Shown: positions 27,280 to 41,034 of the stretch, in pieces
How the letters are laid out: each line of letters opens with the position of its first letter
How positions within the stretch are numbered: the first letter of the stretch is position 1
DNA from: Octopus vulgaris
Lineage: Eukaryota
Assembly (NCBI GenBank): GCA_951406725.2
Contig: OX597823.1
Location: 91,822,001 to 91,886,000 of the forward strand
Direction of reading: 5' to 3'
Length of the DNA stretch: 64,000 nucleotides
Position numbers and translations under genes: made by a program
The notes under the pieces: generated by a model
Told to the model about the DNA's origin: nothing
Database searches by the model: none
Seen by the model: only the letters and a program-made list of their open reading frames with translations

Positions 27280-27810
27280 TTTATTTCGTTTAATCCTCCA
27301 TTCAGTCTAGATGGTTTCCCTAATGTAGTTGGGTTATTCCCGATGCTAATAAGACAGAATTTCTCAGAAATTCTTATATCTTATAAACTCTTTAGTAATC
27401 ATAATATCAAAGTTGGCCACTCATGCATAGATAATATCGCTTCCAACATTGCATGCTTCAACAGAAAGCACAAGCACATTCACAGTCTATATCGGAACCT
27501 TTTCCTGCTAAATGAGAACATGTAACTTTTGAAATTACATTAACTGCCCACAGGGAGAACATAATTCATAAAGTTTGTGATTTAATTCTATCTCCGGTGT
27601 CACAAGGAGTCATTTTACGGGAAAAACAGCTTATGATTTTAAGAGGTAAAATTACGATAGATGTACTGACAGGGAAATCACCATGTAACTGGCCCACTTC
27701 ATTTGTAGAATGTCCGAGCGAGACCAGTGATCTTCATAGCATAACAAGATATGTCCTAGATAAACTTACTGAGTTCCAAAAGGGAAGAATTTATTAATAC
27801 CAAATCCGTG
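27280..27810 (+). pseudogene. Old PLE fragment (thumb/linker region of the same type as 6080-6975)
   Basis: FNPPFSLD...YKLFSNHNIKVGHSCIDNIASNIACFNRK, then in another frame TCNF*NYINCP. Confidence 0.7.
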
Positions 27811-28213
27811 CATTTAAGGAAATGCATATTTATATTTTTCTATCCAGCAATGAATCTTTTTTACTGCGGAAATTTCTATGTATTTCGATCAATCTATTTA
27901 TTTCACTCTTAGTCTAGAGTTTCTATATACGTTGCGCCGCCGCGATGCGATAGGTTATCGTAACAAGCCTAGGGAAATTTAAATTGCATAGGGCCGAGTC
28001 AGTCTGTTTTATATAAATAACACACACACACACACACTCGCACACATGTACAAACACACATACACATACTCATACACACGCTCGCACACACGCACGCACA
28101 CGCACATATTTACAAAAATTAAAAGTGCCATGCACGAAAGAAAGATCTCGGCCCGTGGAATCCTTTTGTGACTTCTGCTGACTAGAAATAAGAAGTTGGA
28201 TTTTACATACTCT

Positions 28214-28250
<37 letters not shown>

Positions 28251-28376
28251 GCATATATATACATATATATATAGACCTATATATATATATACACACACAT
28301 ATATACATGCATAAATATGCCTACATATATATGTACTTATATAATAAAAATAAGCAACAAGGATATCCAGGGGTAA

Positions 28377-28463
28377 TGCAGTACGATCGTTTCATGCGAC
28401 TCCATTTAATTAAACAATGCAAACATTACATCAATTTAAAATGTAGTGTAATTTTCAGCTGCA
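28377..28463 (-). ncRNA. Degenerate HHR-like motif
   Basis: UGCAG-CUGAAAA...GAAAC-GAUC-GUA-CUGCA. Stems I and III are intact; stem II is not evident. Confidence 0.5.
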
Positions 28464-28833
28464 CAAAAAACAGAGAATTTAATTAAATTCGAAGGACTCA
28501 TTAGTATAATCTTATCCAAAGTCTCCAAGAGGATTAGGAGATAGACATAGAACATGTTTTACCGACAACATCACAGTTATAACTGAAATTTTTCAAAAAA
28601 GACACTGCTTTTCCCTGATTATTTCTGTTATTTAGATTTAATTATGGGGTGGGGGGTCCAGTTTCAATTTTATAGGCTAGTTTATGAAATCTGAGAGAAG
28701 ACAGAGGGTAGTATCATTTAGGGGTGGGGTAAAGTGGATAGACAATTTAAGTGGCATGGTCATAAATGAAAATTTATTTGAAGCAAATACATTTGGTTCA
28801 GTAATACACACACACATACATACGTATATATTT

Positions 28834-28916
<83 letters not shown>

Positions 28917-29689
28917 CATAAATATATATATGTGCGTGTATGTGTATATTATGAATGCAGTGAGCAAAACAAACAGATAGCACTGGTAAGAAAGTTTCAA
29001 CAAATATTGCATTAACTTAAAGCTTAAAAGGGAAAAATGTTTCAGTCACTTGAGCTTCATTAGAAGAGAAGTACAAGAAGAGTTTGGAAGAAGAGAAGTG
29101 GTTGAGAAGAGAAAATAATGACTTCCGAAGGCAGAGCTTATATTGACAACGTATACTCCAGTTGATAGAATACGTCTCTTTACTGAATGTGAAGCCATTC
29201 CATTCCATTCCAGGCCAAACAACAGCTGTAGCCGATACTCATTCCGAGCAATGTGGTCTGTAATTATGAAGAATTTGCTGCTTCCCTAGGAAATAGAACC
29301 AGCTGCCCGAGGATCATACCTCACCGCCTACGATCCTTAATCGCTCACACCAAACAGTAAGCGTCTCCGTTTCTCTCACACCGATACACATTGATTTACA
29401 CCCAGACGTTAACGCTGAGACGCAGCCGACACGTACGCAAGTGTATATGTACACCTGTATGTATGAGGATTGTATGCATGTTTATACGCACGTCTATATA
29501 TTATTGCATGTATATATATATCTGTTTAGTGAACATGTAACACATTATCCATGAACGAATATCTCAGCATCTCAGTATATCAGTAAATTCTACTCTACTG
29601 TAAGTCAGCATCACACTATATACATCTCTGTATATCTAATTATAACAAAAGACCTTAACAATACGGGTGTTGTATCTATGGTATTTTTT

Positions 29690-29935
29690 GTTAGAAAATG
29701 TTAAGCATTTCAGCAAATCGCTCCTTCACTCCAGACAACGGCATCACAACTACAACAGCTGTTTTCCATTCGATAATGGACTTATTGAATATTTTAGCTA
29801 TTCATCAACTTAACATATTTAAGACAGACTTTTAGCTGACCTTTCCACGACCAACTTTGCACAATACACTGGCTTTAGCTATTATCTTCACCTTGAAGAA
29901 CTTGTAGTGCTCTTGATGTCCTACCTAAAGGCAAA
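29690..29935 (-). pseudogene. Possible decayed hAT transposase fragment
   Basis: SRALQVLQGEDN and SGVKERFAEML resemble hAT C-terminal motifs; short and broken. Confidence 0.3.
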
Positions 29936-30624
29936 ATAACTGCAAGCCGATGAAAATACTACAGTATATTGCTAAATATGTGTTTTACCATTAATTCTGT
30001 TGGAATATATTCTGAGGTCACTTTTTGAAATAGCTGACATTCTCTTCAATTAGTACTGATTTTATAACGATTTAAATACCAGTTTTGACACAATTTAATA
30101 AACATCTTTACTCTAAACCATATTCTAATCAACAGCATGAAGCGATAAGTGCTTTGTTTTGACTTGTTATAAACAGCGACCAAATATCCCTTTAAATCTA
30201 TCGGACAATCTTACAAAAGTTTACAAGACTAGTTTGTTACAAGACTGAAAAGCAGAATGGTCCCGATTGGAGCTTCTCATATCATAGGTCAGCCCAATTA
30301 ATGCTCAACCTTATACCAAACAACGATGGCATGGTACCAGTTTGAAGATTCTGCATATGTCTTAAGCTCTAGCTCTACTCTTTTAATTAAATTAGCAACA
30401 AGCACAACACTCATTTCTGAAAAGCGAGATATCCAAGAACATTGCTAGTAGAAAGGGCAACAGCTGATATCATTGATCCTAGTAAATAACTGGTACTTGT
30501 TGACTATCGATGGTAATGCATATAACATATTGCATACATTTTAAATCCAGTGGATCCAGAATTTCTGTTGCTCCGAACTGAAAGCGTCATTGAAGAATAT
30601 TATCTTAGAAGAAGGTAAGCACTT

Positions 30625-30805
30625 TCGAGGAAGGGAGCAAGTTGATTAGATCTACCCCTGTGTCCAACTAGCACATATGTTTTCGACTCTGAAAGTATGA
30701 GAGGTAAAGTCGACTTTGGCAGAAATTGATCTCAGAATGTAAAGCGGACGAAATGCCGCAAAACATTTGCCCAGCCAGCTCACGATTCTGTCAGCTCAAT
30801 GCCTT
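30625..30805 (-). mobile_element. SINE family B, degraded
   Basis: ggtaaagtcgactttggcagaaattgatctcagaatgtaaagcggacgaaatgccgc. Confidence 0.75.
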
Positions 30806-31485
30806 ATAGAACGTAAAGATTCGTTGTTGTGTATGGATTCCATTGTGAAAAAGAATCTTTCACAGAGCGCTTTCTGTTTGAGCATGTTAGAATAATTGTT
30901 TCCGAGTTCTTGGCCGAATATAGCGTTGAGGCTGGATACAAACTCCCCAACAAGTATTCGAAACACAAATGTTGATGTTCATATTTATTGTAAACAACAG
31001 GCTGCTAGCCTCCAGACTAAATTATGCCATAATGCTGGATGACCGGTGGCAGTAATATTACTTTTGCAACAGACGTGTATTCTGGCTGGAGCGTAGGTGG
31101 ACTTAACAAAGAAGCACCTGTAAACTGTCAGTCAAAAGGTATATAAATGAATGTGTATAAATGTACACACATACACACACATACACACACACACGCACAC
31201 GCACGCACATACACACACATACGAACAGACACAATATAATGTAATATAACAAAATGTACGGTCACATACCTGCATAGATTTATATTCATATAGATTTAAA
31301 TGCATAGCTATCTATCTATATACTTATATAAATTCATAAATGAGGGTGAAAAATTAGATATTAATTTAATAATACCTTTAGTTTAACACCAAGTGGCCTA
31401 GCACATAAAAACCAGGGAGACAGTACAAATTTATACGTAAATATAAGAGAGTTAACGTTAAGTGGTTAACTCTCTTATATTTACT

Positions 31486-31557
<72 letters not shown>

Positions 31558-31949
31558 TGTACATATATATATGTATAGATACAAAGATATGAACACATAT
31601 ATGTATATATACATATATATATGTACATATTTATGCATATATATATACATATATAAATACGGAGAGAGCGAGAAAAAGAGGGAGAAAGGGAGAGAAAAAG
31701 AGGGAGAGTGAGAGCAATTTATAATTGTATAAGATACAATTATCTGACGATAGACGCTAACGCCGACGGATTTAGCGTCTATCTCCAGCATATAGGCACA
31801 GAAGCCTCTCTGCCCTTAATTATATTTCTAATTTATATTATTATAAATCTCTATAAATGAATTACCTAAATAGGTCTATTTTATATGGTGGGCACTGATA
31901 GAATTTTTAATGATATTATCCTTTAATTATGTCCTTAATCGAAAGACAC

Positions 31950-32257
31950 CTGCTGTTATGTCCTGTTATTTGTATTTGTGTAACATTCTCCGTATTTTTC
32001 CGTCCTTGTTTTCGTATACATTCGCTGCTTTCTTCTAAGAAATCTAATGCTCTTAGCTTAGTTTTTTCTTGCGGCTGGCCAGATTGGAGCAATCATGAAT
32101 ATATCCATCCGAAATTGCAAAGATAATCTGGAAAGATTGTGGAAAGAAAACTCCGAATGACCCGACCTTGTTTTCTTTGTATCAGCTGTCTGGAAGTTTT
32201 GTTGCCCCTATTTTTTGTATCACCTGTCTGAATGTTTTGCGTTCTTGTCCCATTTTG

Positions 32258-32260
<3 letters not shown>
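31950..32260 (+). mobile_element. Distant relative of repeat family H3
   Basis: Pyrimidine-rich flanks; CCAGAT...GGA..TCC-GAAAT...ATA-ATCTGG; ends in (TA)n. Confidence 0.45.
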
Positions 32261-32339
<79 letters not shown>

Positions 32340-32385
32340 ATATATAAGTATATATATATGGATATATATATATAATCTTTCTTTT

Positions 32386-32619
32386 ATTCTTTTATTTATT
32401 TCAGTCATTTGACTGCGGCCATGCTGGAGGACCACATTTAGTCGGGCGGATAGACCACAGGACTTGTTTGTAAGCCTATTACTTATATTGCTCTCTTTTC
32501 CGAACCTCTAAGATATAGGGATGTAAACACACCAGCATTAGTTATGAAGCGATGGTGTATGGATAAACACAGACACACAAACAGACACACACACACAGAC
32601 CCGCACGCACACACACACA

Positions 32620-32690
<71 letters not shown>

Positions 32691-32858
32691 CGGCGGGCTT
32701 CTTTCAGTTTCCGTCTACCAAATCCCCTCACAAGGCTTTGGTCGACCCGAGGCTATAGTAGAAGACACTTGTCCGCCGAAGGTGCCACACAGTGGGATTG
32801 AACTCGGAATAATGTGGTTGGTAAGCAAGCTATTTCCCACACAGCTACTCCTGCGCCT
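32386..32858 (-). mobile_element. SINE family A, full length
   Basis: Reverse complement of head ggcgcaggagtagctgtgtgg, internal (CA)/(TA) tract and tail. Confidence 0.88.
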
Positions 32859-33071
32859 ATACATATAGCATGGCGTGGCCGCAGTCAGATGACTGAAACA
32901 AGTAAAAGAGTAAAAGTGTTAGAAAGTTCGAAAGATTTGGAGTAAATTAAGTTTTAAAATGTGATACTCAAAGAAGAGACTTCAAATAATATTGGAAAAG
33001 GCGTTTTGGTAGAAAGGAATCGAAGGGCTCCAATGTGGGACTCGAACACACAACCTTCCGTAAACACGAAT

Positions 33072-33190
33072 GTGCCTTTCATCCTTTCAGGATCGATAAA
33101 ATATGCACGAGTTAAACAGAGGTAGTGTCAATGTAATCAACTAACGCACGCCACCAAAATTGCTGGCCTTGTGGCAAAAGCTGAATCCAT
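33072..33190 (+). mobile_element. SINE family B 3' part, alternative tail
   Basis: gcctttcatcctttcaggatcgataaaat...aaaattgctggccttgtg. Confidence 0.7.
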
Positions 33191-33533
33191 TATTTATAAA
33201 ACTTTGCCTTCTTCAAGTTTTACTGCTTAGAAAAATAATCTACTTCACACAGTAAATGTATGTTTATATGTATGTAGGTATGTATATACAAGTCGATATA
33301 CATAAATATTTCCCTTCGTGTCACACATTCTATGAGCGCAGTCAATGAAGAGATTATATATACGTTATAAAATACTGTTGTCATAAAAACACTTCTTGTA
33401 TTGACAGCTGAATGACAGATTGGTTGGAGTTGACTAAAGGACCTAATCAAGTCACCGATACAATATTGCCGACATATTCGACAATGTTATTAGCTATAAT
33501 ATTAGAGTGGTGTGGTGTGGTGTGTGTATGCGT

Positions 33534-33567
<34 letters not shown>

Positions 33568-33860
33568 CTATAAATATATCACAGGCACACACTCACACAC
33601 AAAGGCATCCATATAAGTGATTACGTTTACATATGTAAATATATATATATATGTATACATGCACACATCCATACATACATAGAGATATCCACACATACAA
33701 ACATACAAACAGGTGCAGATACGAAACAAGCGTATACATACATATGCGTATACGTATATAAAGATATATTAGCAGCAGGCGCACTGCCGTTATCTTCTCG
33801 CCGCTGTATATTATTATTACTTTCAATGCAATCACCATGACCAATTCTGATGATAATAAC

Positions 33861-33944
<84 letters not shown>

Positions 33945-34124
33945 ATAATAATAATAATAATGATAACATCAATAATATTAATAACAACAACAACAATAAA
34001 AATGATAGTAATAAAGATGATAATAATGAGAATAATAATAATAACACCGACAACAACAATAATACATATACCTACGTTCATTTAAATAAAAATATGTATA
34101 TATACAAGTATGTGTGTGTGCGTG

Positions 34125-34186
<62 letters not shown>

Positions 34187-34462
34187 TATATATATGCATT
34201 GTGTTCAATAGTTATACTAATGTTCAGTGTAACCTTATCATTTGAGACGCTATATTATTATAGCAATAACTTTTTATCTTGACCGGAGCCATCAACACAC
34301 TACTAACATCGACACATATACACACTCATACACATACACACCCACGCTCACGCACACACGCACACACATATATCTACTCATATCGCACGGCGATCATAAA
34401 TTGTTCATCTTTATTCCATATACGCGTGCGACGTCTGTGTGCATCTATACACATATCCATAT

Positions 34463-34505
<43 letters not shown>

Positions 34506-34632
34506 AATATATATACATATATATTTTATTTGTATATATATATGTGCACATATATATATATGCATACATATATATATATATATATATACATATATGTATA
34601 CACACACACACATATATATACACATATACACA

Positions 34633-34694
<62 letters not shown>

Positions 34695-35242
34695 CATGAC
34701 ATATACAAGTATTCATATTAACATATACACATATGTGTGTGCGTTTGTGTGCACGTGCGTGTGTGTGTGCATAAAATTTTATATTTCCGTGATGGCGTAT
34801 ATTTAGACGGTTGTATGGTAGCGTATGCACAAAGTTCAAGTGCGTAGGCAGAGTTACCAACTGGGCTACGTATGATATGTATGTTGTTGAAACTATATTC
34901 TTTCTGTACATGAGAAGCCTATAGCGAAAGTAAATATACTTGTCGACGTTTGAATATCGTAATAATCGTTATCATTAAAAGTCGACGCCTGCTTTGTTAT
35001 TTTCTAATGTTGAAATGCCGTCCTCTCTGATGGTGGGGCTTCCTAGTCCGTACGATAATGCCATGCGATATTTGTGGTATGTATGAATGTACGTTCATAT
35101 CAAACAAAAGCATGGACCGTATCTATTTCGGATAACTCATAACCTCCAGTTATTATGCATTATATATACATATGTGTGTGTATGCAAACATACATATATA
35201 CATACATACATCCATACATACATACATACATACATACATACA

Positions 35243-35277
<35 letters not shown>

Positions 35278-35406
35278 GTTTGTGTGTGCGTGTGCGCGCG
35301 TAATACATGCATATATATATGCTTACATATTCATATATATGGATGTAAATGATTGTATTTGTATATGTATATACATGTATAAAAATATTTGTACATACAT
35401 GCATAT

Positions 35407-35460
<54 letters not shown>

Positions 35461-35548
35461 TCCTATCCATACATACGTACGTACATGTGCATATATATAA
35501 ATATATGTATAAATATACATATAAAATATATGTGTAAATGTGTAAATA

Positions 35549-35780
35549 TAAGGCGGTGAGCTAGCAGAAACGTTAGCACGCCGGGCGATATGCATAGCCA
35601 TATTTCGTCTGCCGCTACGTTCTGAGTTCAAATTCCGCCGAGGTCGACTTTGCCTTTCACCCTTTCGGGGTCGATACATTAAGTACCAGTTACGCACAGG
35701 GGTCAATATAATCGACTTAATCCCGTTGTCTGTCCCTGTTTGTCCCCTGTGTTTAGCCCCTTGTGGGTAGTAAAGAAATA
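35549..35780 (+). mobile_element. SINE family B, full length, Tx1-like tail
   Basis: Head aaggcggtgagctagcagaaacgttagc, B-box gagttcaaattcc, core gtcgactttgcctttcaccctttcggggtcgat, tail tttgtcccctgtgtttagccccttgtggg. Confidence 0.9.
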
Positions 35781-35938
35781 TATATAAATATATGTATATG
35801 TTCATACCTCCACACACATATATCTGCGTACATATGAATATATGTATATACATATGTGTATACACATATATTTATATGCATTTAAAAATGAAATAAACAA
35901 AGAATGATAAATTATCAAATAATATGTTGGACTTCAAT

Positions 35939-36018
35939 AGCTTACAGCTGTTTCTGCACTGAGTTGCAATACACTCATATTTGAATGCTTGTGTATCACC
36001 CCATGGCTTCGTCGGAGC
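35939..36018 (-). ncRNA. Type I HHR-like motif
   Basis: GCU-CCGACGA-AGC...GCA-GAAAC-AGCU-GUA-AGC; palindromic stem III ACAGCUGU; weak stem II. Confidence 0.6.
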
Positions 36019-36356
36019 CGTTGACGCGTTGCTCTGAAGCATGTGTGTATAAACATCTATTCCTTTATTACTTTAATTTCTTATTAGTGATCTGTACTTG
36101 GATGACGCTTCTTTCTAAAGCCACAGACACATTTCAGCGCACACACACACAAACACACACAGAGACACACACATACATCCACATAATTTATATTCCATTA
36201 ATACGTGTAATAGTTTAACGGCAATGTATACAGACAAATGAAATCTATTTGTAGAACAAAATTGATTTATTACTATAGACTACGTTTGAAACATCAAATT
36301 CTAAGACTTTAGGACATTGAAATGTAAATCTGCCTGTGTATATATGTATGTATGTA

Positions 36357-36447
<91 letters not shown>

Positions 36448-36457
36448 ATATATATAC

Positions 36458-36504
<47 letters not shown>

Positions 36505-36944
36505 CGTGTGTGTATATATAGACATACATATACAAATACATTTATATATATACATACATATAAATACATTTACATATATACATATACATATACATATGTG
36601 TGTGTGTTATTTAATATATTGAGAAAATTGGTGTAAGTCTATAAAATTTATAACCATTAAATTGTGTGAAACAAGTAGAAATATCACACGGGAAACAATA
36701 CAGAATCCCAAATTGATTTCAAATCATCCGATTTTTGGTCCTGTGAAGGACGAAACCCGTAAAGTTACTGTGACATTTTCTGGAGACATGCGCACGTGGT
36801 GTCAAGTTTTATTTCCTCCTTTCGAATTCATTATATTTGTTGCCTGAAACTAAAACTCGTATGTAATATATTACCCATTCTAACTAATCAGATGTTGGCC
36901 AGGGCGTCCAAGGGAGATAATATTGCAATATTGGATTCAAATAT

Positions 36945-37143
36945 TTGCACCAGGCCAGCAATTAACGTGGGAGGGGGTAAATGGATTACGTCGACCACAA
37001 TGCTCAACTGGTACTTATTTTATCGACCCCAAAAAGATGACAGCAAAGTCAATCTCGGCGGAATTTGAATATAGAACATAGAGACGGGTGAAATACCGCA
37101 AAGCATTTTACTTGCCGCATTAGCGATTCTGCTACTTCGCCGC
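36945..37143 (-). mobile_element. SINE family B, alternative tail
   Basis: aactggtacttattttatcgacccc...ggcggaatttgaa. Confidence 0.8.
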
Positions 37144-37170
37144 AAAAAAATAAAACACAAAATGTAGCTT

Positions 37171-37243
37171 CGCTCAACGTTGGGATCGAACCCACAACCT
37201 CGAGATTAAGAGTCTCGTACTCTACCGACTGAGCTAGCCGGGT
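37171..37243 (-). tRNA. tRNA-Lys(CTT), probable pseudogene
   Basis: 73 nt ACCCGGCTAGCTCAGTCGGTAGAGTACGAGACTCTTAATCTCGAGGTTGTGGGTTCGATCCCAACGTTGAGCG. Two acceptor-stem mismatches and one T-stem mismatch. TTTT lies 9 nt downstream. Confidence 0.85.
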
Positions 37244-37414
37244 TGGCCAAGTGAGCATAATATTAAAGACTATTCACTGATGAACGAGCAGGTGTTTAGT
37301 GCTAATATCAATTCACATTTTGGTTTTATATCTTATCTTTTTACGCTTAGATTTCATTATATTGTGAATAACTTTTCAATGTCCTGAAATGTGCATATTC
37401 AGTTGCGCTTCCTA

Positions 37415-37483
<69 letters not shown>

Positions 37484-37489
<6 letters not shown>

Positions 37490-37658
37490 ATCAGTAACTT
37501 TTTTTAGACATTCAGTAGTACAAACCCCCCCACCAAAAAAAAAAATATGACACACTAGGCATAACAACAACATGAACTTCCAACCTGTTGTCTCTTGAGG
37601 TCTCTGGGTGAGACTTGGAGCCAACTTGTACAAATATAAAGCAAAAGTCAAACATAAA
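37484..37658 (+). mobile_element. Probable 3' UTR fragment of a Dong/R4-like element within (TAA)n
   Basis: Non-microsatellite insert flanked by (TAA)n on both sides; contains gaggtctctgggtgagacttgg. Confidence 0.45.
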
Positions 37659-38385
37659 ATAATAATAATAATAATAATAATAATGATAATAATAACACCG
37701 AAAAATGCCTTAGGAAGGAGAACCAGGTTCGAAATTTATATGTATATATATATATCTTTTATATTCGATTAAGGTGACATTAGGAGTATGCAAATAATTC
37801 TCCTATTTCATTAAGCCGGCTATCTTCTAATGATACTGACTAGTGAGTCACTTCTTCGGAGTTGCATCACGGTCATACCGATATAATGTAAGATAACTAT
37901 GATAATAACAGGCCATCCTCATGAGCCATAAGAAAACTACGATCAACAACAGAAGAGGGTTACAGGAAGCGAGCTGGTTGCTATAGCAATACCTTTCCAC
38001 GCATGTCCACTCCACACACGCTCACACGCACGCACATCGGCAACATTCGTCAATTTCTTGAAAATGGATTCATAACCCCGAAATATTGAATGCAAAGTAA
38101 GTCTACATTAATTCACATATTTGTTTTCTTGTGATTTACCTTGCATTCACTTCGCATTCTTTTGGCCCTTCCCACGATCCTTTACACTATAATAATAATA
38201 ATTCTTACGTTTATATATTTGTTTTGCAAGATTCTTGATGTGAAATCATGTGTTGAAACAGATGTAGTTGTATTTAGGAATGGTCATTTTGCCAGTTTAG
38301 CCAATAAAAACACACGCACTATATATTTGGTGTTAATTTGCTTCAGCGTTTTTTATTTTTTACATTAATCTTAATCTTACTTCAG

Positions 38386-38425
38386 CCAGAGTTCTTTCGT
38401 CACACTTCTGTGACCTCATCAGTGG
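38386..38425 (-). ncRNA. Minimal type I hammerhead ribozyme
   Basis: CCA-CUGAUGA-G-GUCAC-AGAAGU-GUGAC-GAAAG-AA-CUC-UGG. Confidence 0.7.
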
Positions 38426-38706
38426 TCCTTTGCTTTATAAATATTTAATACATTGCTACGCGCATTTCCACAAATCACATGATTTTGACATCAGAGTTGG
38501 TATCCCTGGGATTAGTACAGTATAGTCCGTATTATCCATGGGCACCCGGTTTATCATCATCAATGATTCATTTCATCAGGCAATACTGCCTTATTCGAGG
38601 AATCGCAGAGGGACGTTTATCCTTTCTTGCCAGTGTGAAGACCATCAATGATGATGATCAACTGGATGCCCAGGGATAATACAGACTATACTGTACTACA
38701 CCCATT

Positions 38707-38913
38707 TGTGTGTCTGTGTTTGTTCCCCCTCCGTTGCTTGACAACCGATGCTGGTGTGTTCACGTCCTCGTAACTTAGCAGTTAGGCAAAAGAGACCGAT
38801 AGAATAAGTACTAGGCTTACAAAGAATAAGTCGTGGGGTCGATTTCCTCGACTAAAGGCGGTGCTCCAGTACGTCCGCAGTCAAATGACTGAAACAAGTA
38901 AAAGAGTAAAAGA
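38707..38913 (+). mobile_element. SINE family A 3' half
   Basis: gcttgacaaccgatgctggtgtgtt...gactgaaacaagtaaaagagtaaaagag. Confidence 0.85.
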
Positions 38914-38970
38914 GTATGTATGTATGTATGTATGTATGTATGTATGTATGTATGTATGTATGTATGTATG

Positions 38971-39019
<49 letters not shown>

Positions 39020-39431
39020 TATTTGTGGGTCAGCAAGCCTTCCAATGGTTTCATATGACATTTTTCAGGTCTACCATATGGGAACCTCGGTAATCAGATG
39101 TGAAGATTATTTATCCACCAATGCAGTGTTGAATGCTTATTTTAACTGTTCAATAGTAGCGATTATGTCTCTGTCTGTCTGTCTGTTTGTCCGTTTGTCT
39201 GTCTGTCTGTCTGTCTTTCTCTTTCTCTCTCTCTCTCTCTCTATCTATCTGTCTATCTATCTATATCTACATCAATGGAACATTCATAGGTTAATGGCAG
39301 TGAATAGTTAAATGTCAAGAGAGCTGCGCTTCATATTGGAGATACTGAACACTAAAACACAATTAGATTCTCTTCATCACTAACTGACCGCTATGAAGGC
39401 GAGGGTAGAGAGGAGAAGATGCAGAGAGAAG

Positions 39432-39467
<36 letters not shown>

Positions 39468-40080
39468 AAGAAAGGGAAGGAGGGAGGGGGAGAGGTCAAT
39501 GTAAATTAATCACAGCAATCAGACTGTAACGAGAGGCGCGAAGTGGGGCGAAGTGAGTTCGTTATCAACAGCTACAAAATTGATCATAGCAAGTGCGACG
39601 TTGTATAATGAGACACCGCCATAGATAATAGCATTTTTGGTTACACTTGTCTCGACGGTGTTGTGGTGAATGGCGGTGAAAGGTGGTGATTGGTGGTGAT
39701 TGGTGGTTCCTATTGGCAAGTTACAATTCATTAATCATTGCTTATTTGGTTGCACATATTTTGATCTCACAAGTTGTTGTTGTTGTTGTAGATGTTGCTG
39801 ATGCGGTTGCTGCAGCTGTTGTTGCGGTTGTTGTTGCTGCTGCTACTGGTGTTGTTGTTGTTGTTGTTAGAGGTTTTGATGATGGTGTTCGTCTGCTCTG
39901 CTTCCTTCTTTTTACTCTTGCTCATTCTGCTTCTTCTTCATCTTTCTGCCCCCTCCCCTTCCCCTCCTCCTCCTCCTCCACCTCCTCCTTTTTCATCAGC
40001 ATCATTGCCATCACAATCATCATCATCATCGTAATCATCATCGTAATCATCATCGTAATCATCATCGTAATCATCATCGT

Positions 40081-40158
<78 letters not shown>

Positions 40159-40271
40159 CACTGTAGCATAGCGTTAGTCTAATGTCTGCAGATAAAAAAT
40201 CTGTTTTTTTTAAAATATATATATATATATAGACTAGTGTTTGTATGGGTCTCTGTATATATATATGTCTG

Positions 40272-40317
<46 letters not shown>

Positions 40318-40384
40318 GTGTGTGTGTGTAGATATATATATTTATGTAAATATATATATATATATATAAGTGTGTGTAGATATA

Positions 40385-40426
<42 letters not shown>

Positions 40427-41034
40427 TGTATGTATGTATGTATATATGTATGTATATATGTATATTTATGCCCACATCTATTTAAGTATCTGTCTAATCA
40501 ATCTTCGAATAGGTATGCATATGTGTATGCATATACATGTGTATATGTATGTCTGTATGTGTGTGCGCGCGCGCGTGTGTATGTACGAATACACGTCTGT
40601 AACCACATAAATCCGATGTAAGCATCTTTCTGCTTGAGCCAGTTTGCAGACATAAATATGTGCCTGCGAATATGCTTACGTGTGCATGTGTGAGTGAGCA
40701 TGCGCAACATGTGCTTCCTTCTGTCTCCTTCCTTCCTTCTTTCTCTCTTCCTGTTTCTCTCTCTTTACCTGTCGAACTGCCTGTCTCTCTCTTTCTCTCT
40801 CCTTCCCCCTCTCACAAGCACGCTCACTTATATGCTGATATCTGCTTTTAGTCCGTCGAGCCGTTGAGTGTGCCAGAACCGGCTGATAATTTAAAAAAAG
40901 CAGAACATATGACAATATCCTAAACGTGTTTCAGGCAAACGATTTGTGATGACAATAACCGCTTGATAAGCTTTTATGCGATTTTAATAGACCTGTCTCA
41001 TTCTTCGCTTGCACGAACATATATATGCACACGT

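Noticed and set aside
29050-29146. Coiled-coil-like peptide ASLEEKYKKSLEEEKWLRREN
   Set aside because: An in-frame stop lies just upstream and there is no credible exon boundary; it may be purine-rich chance sequence.
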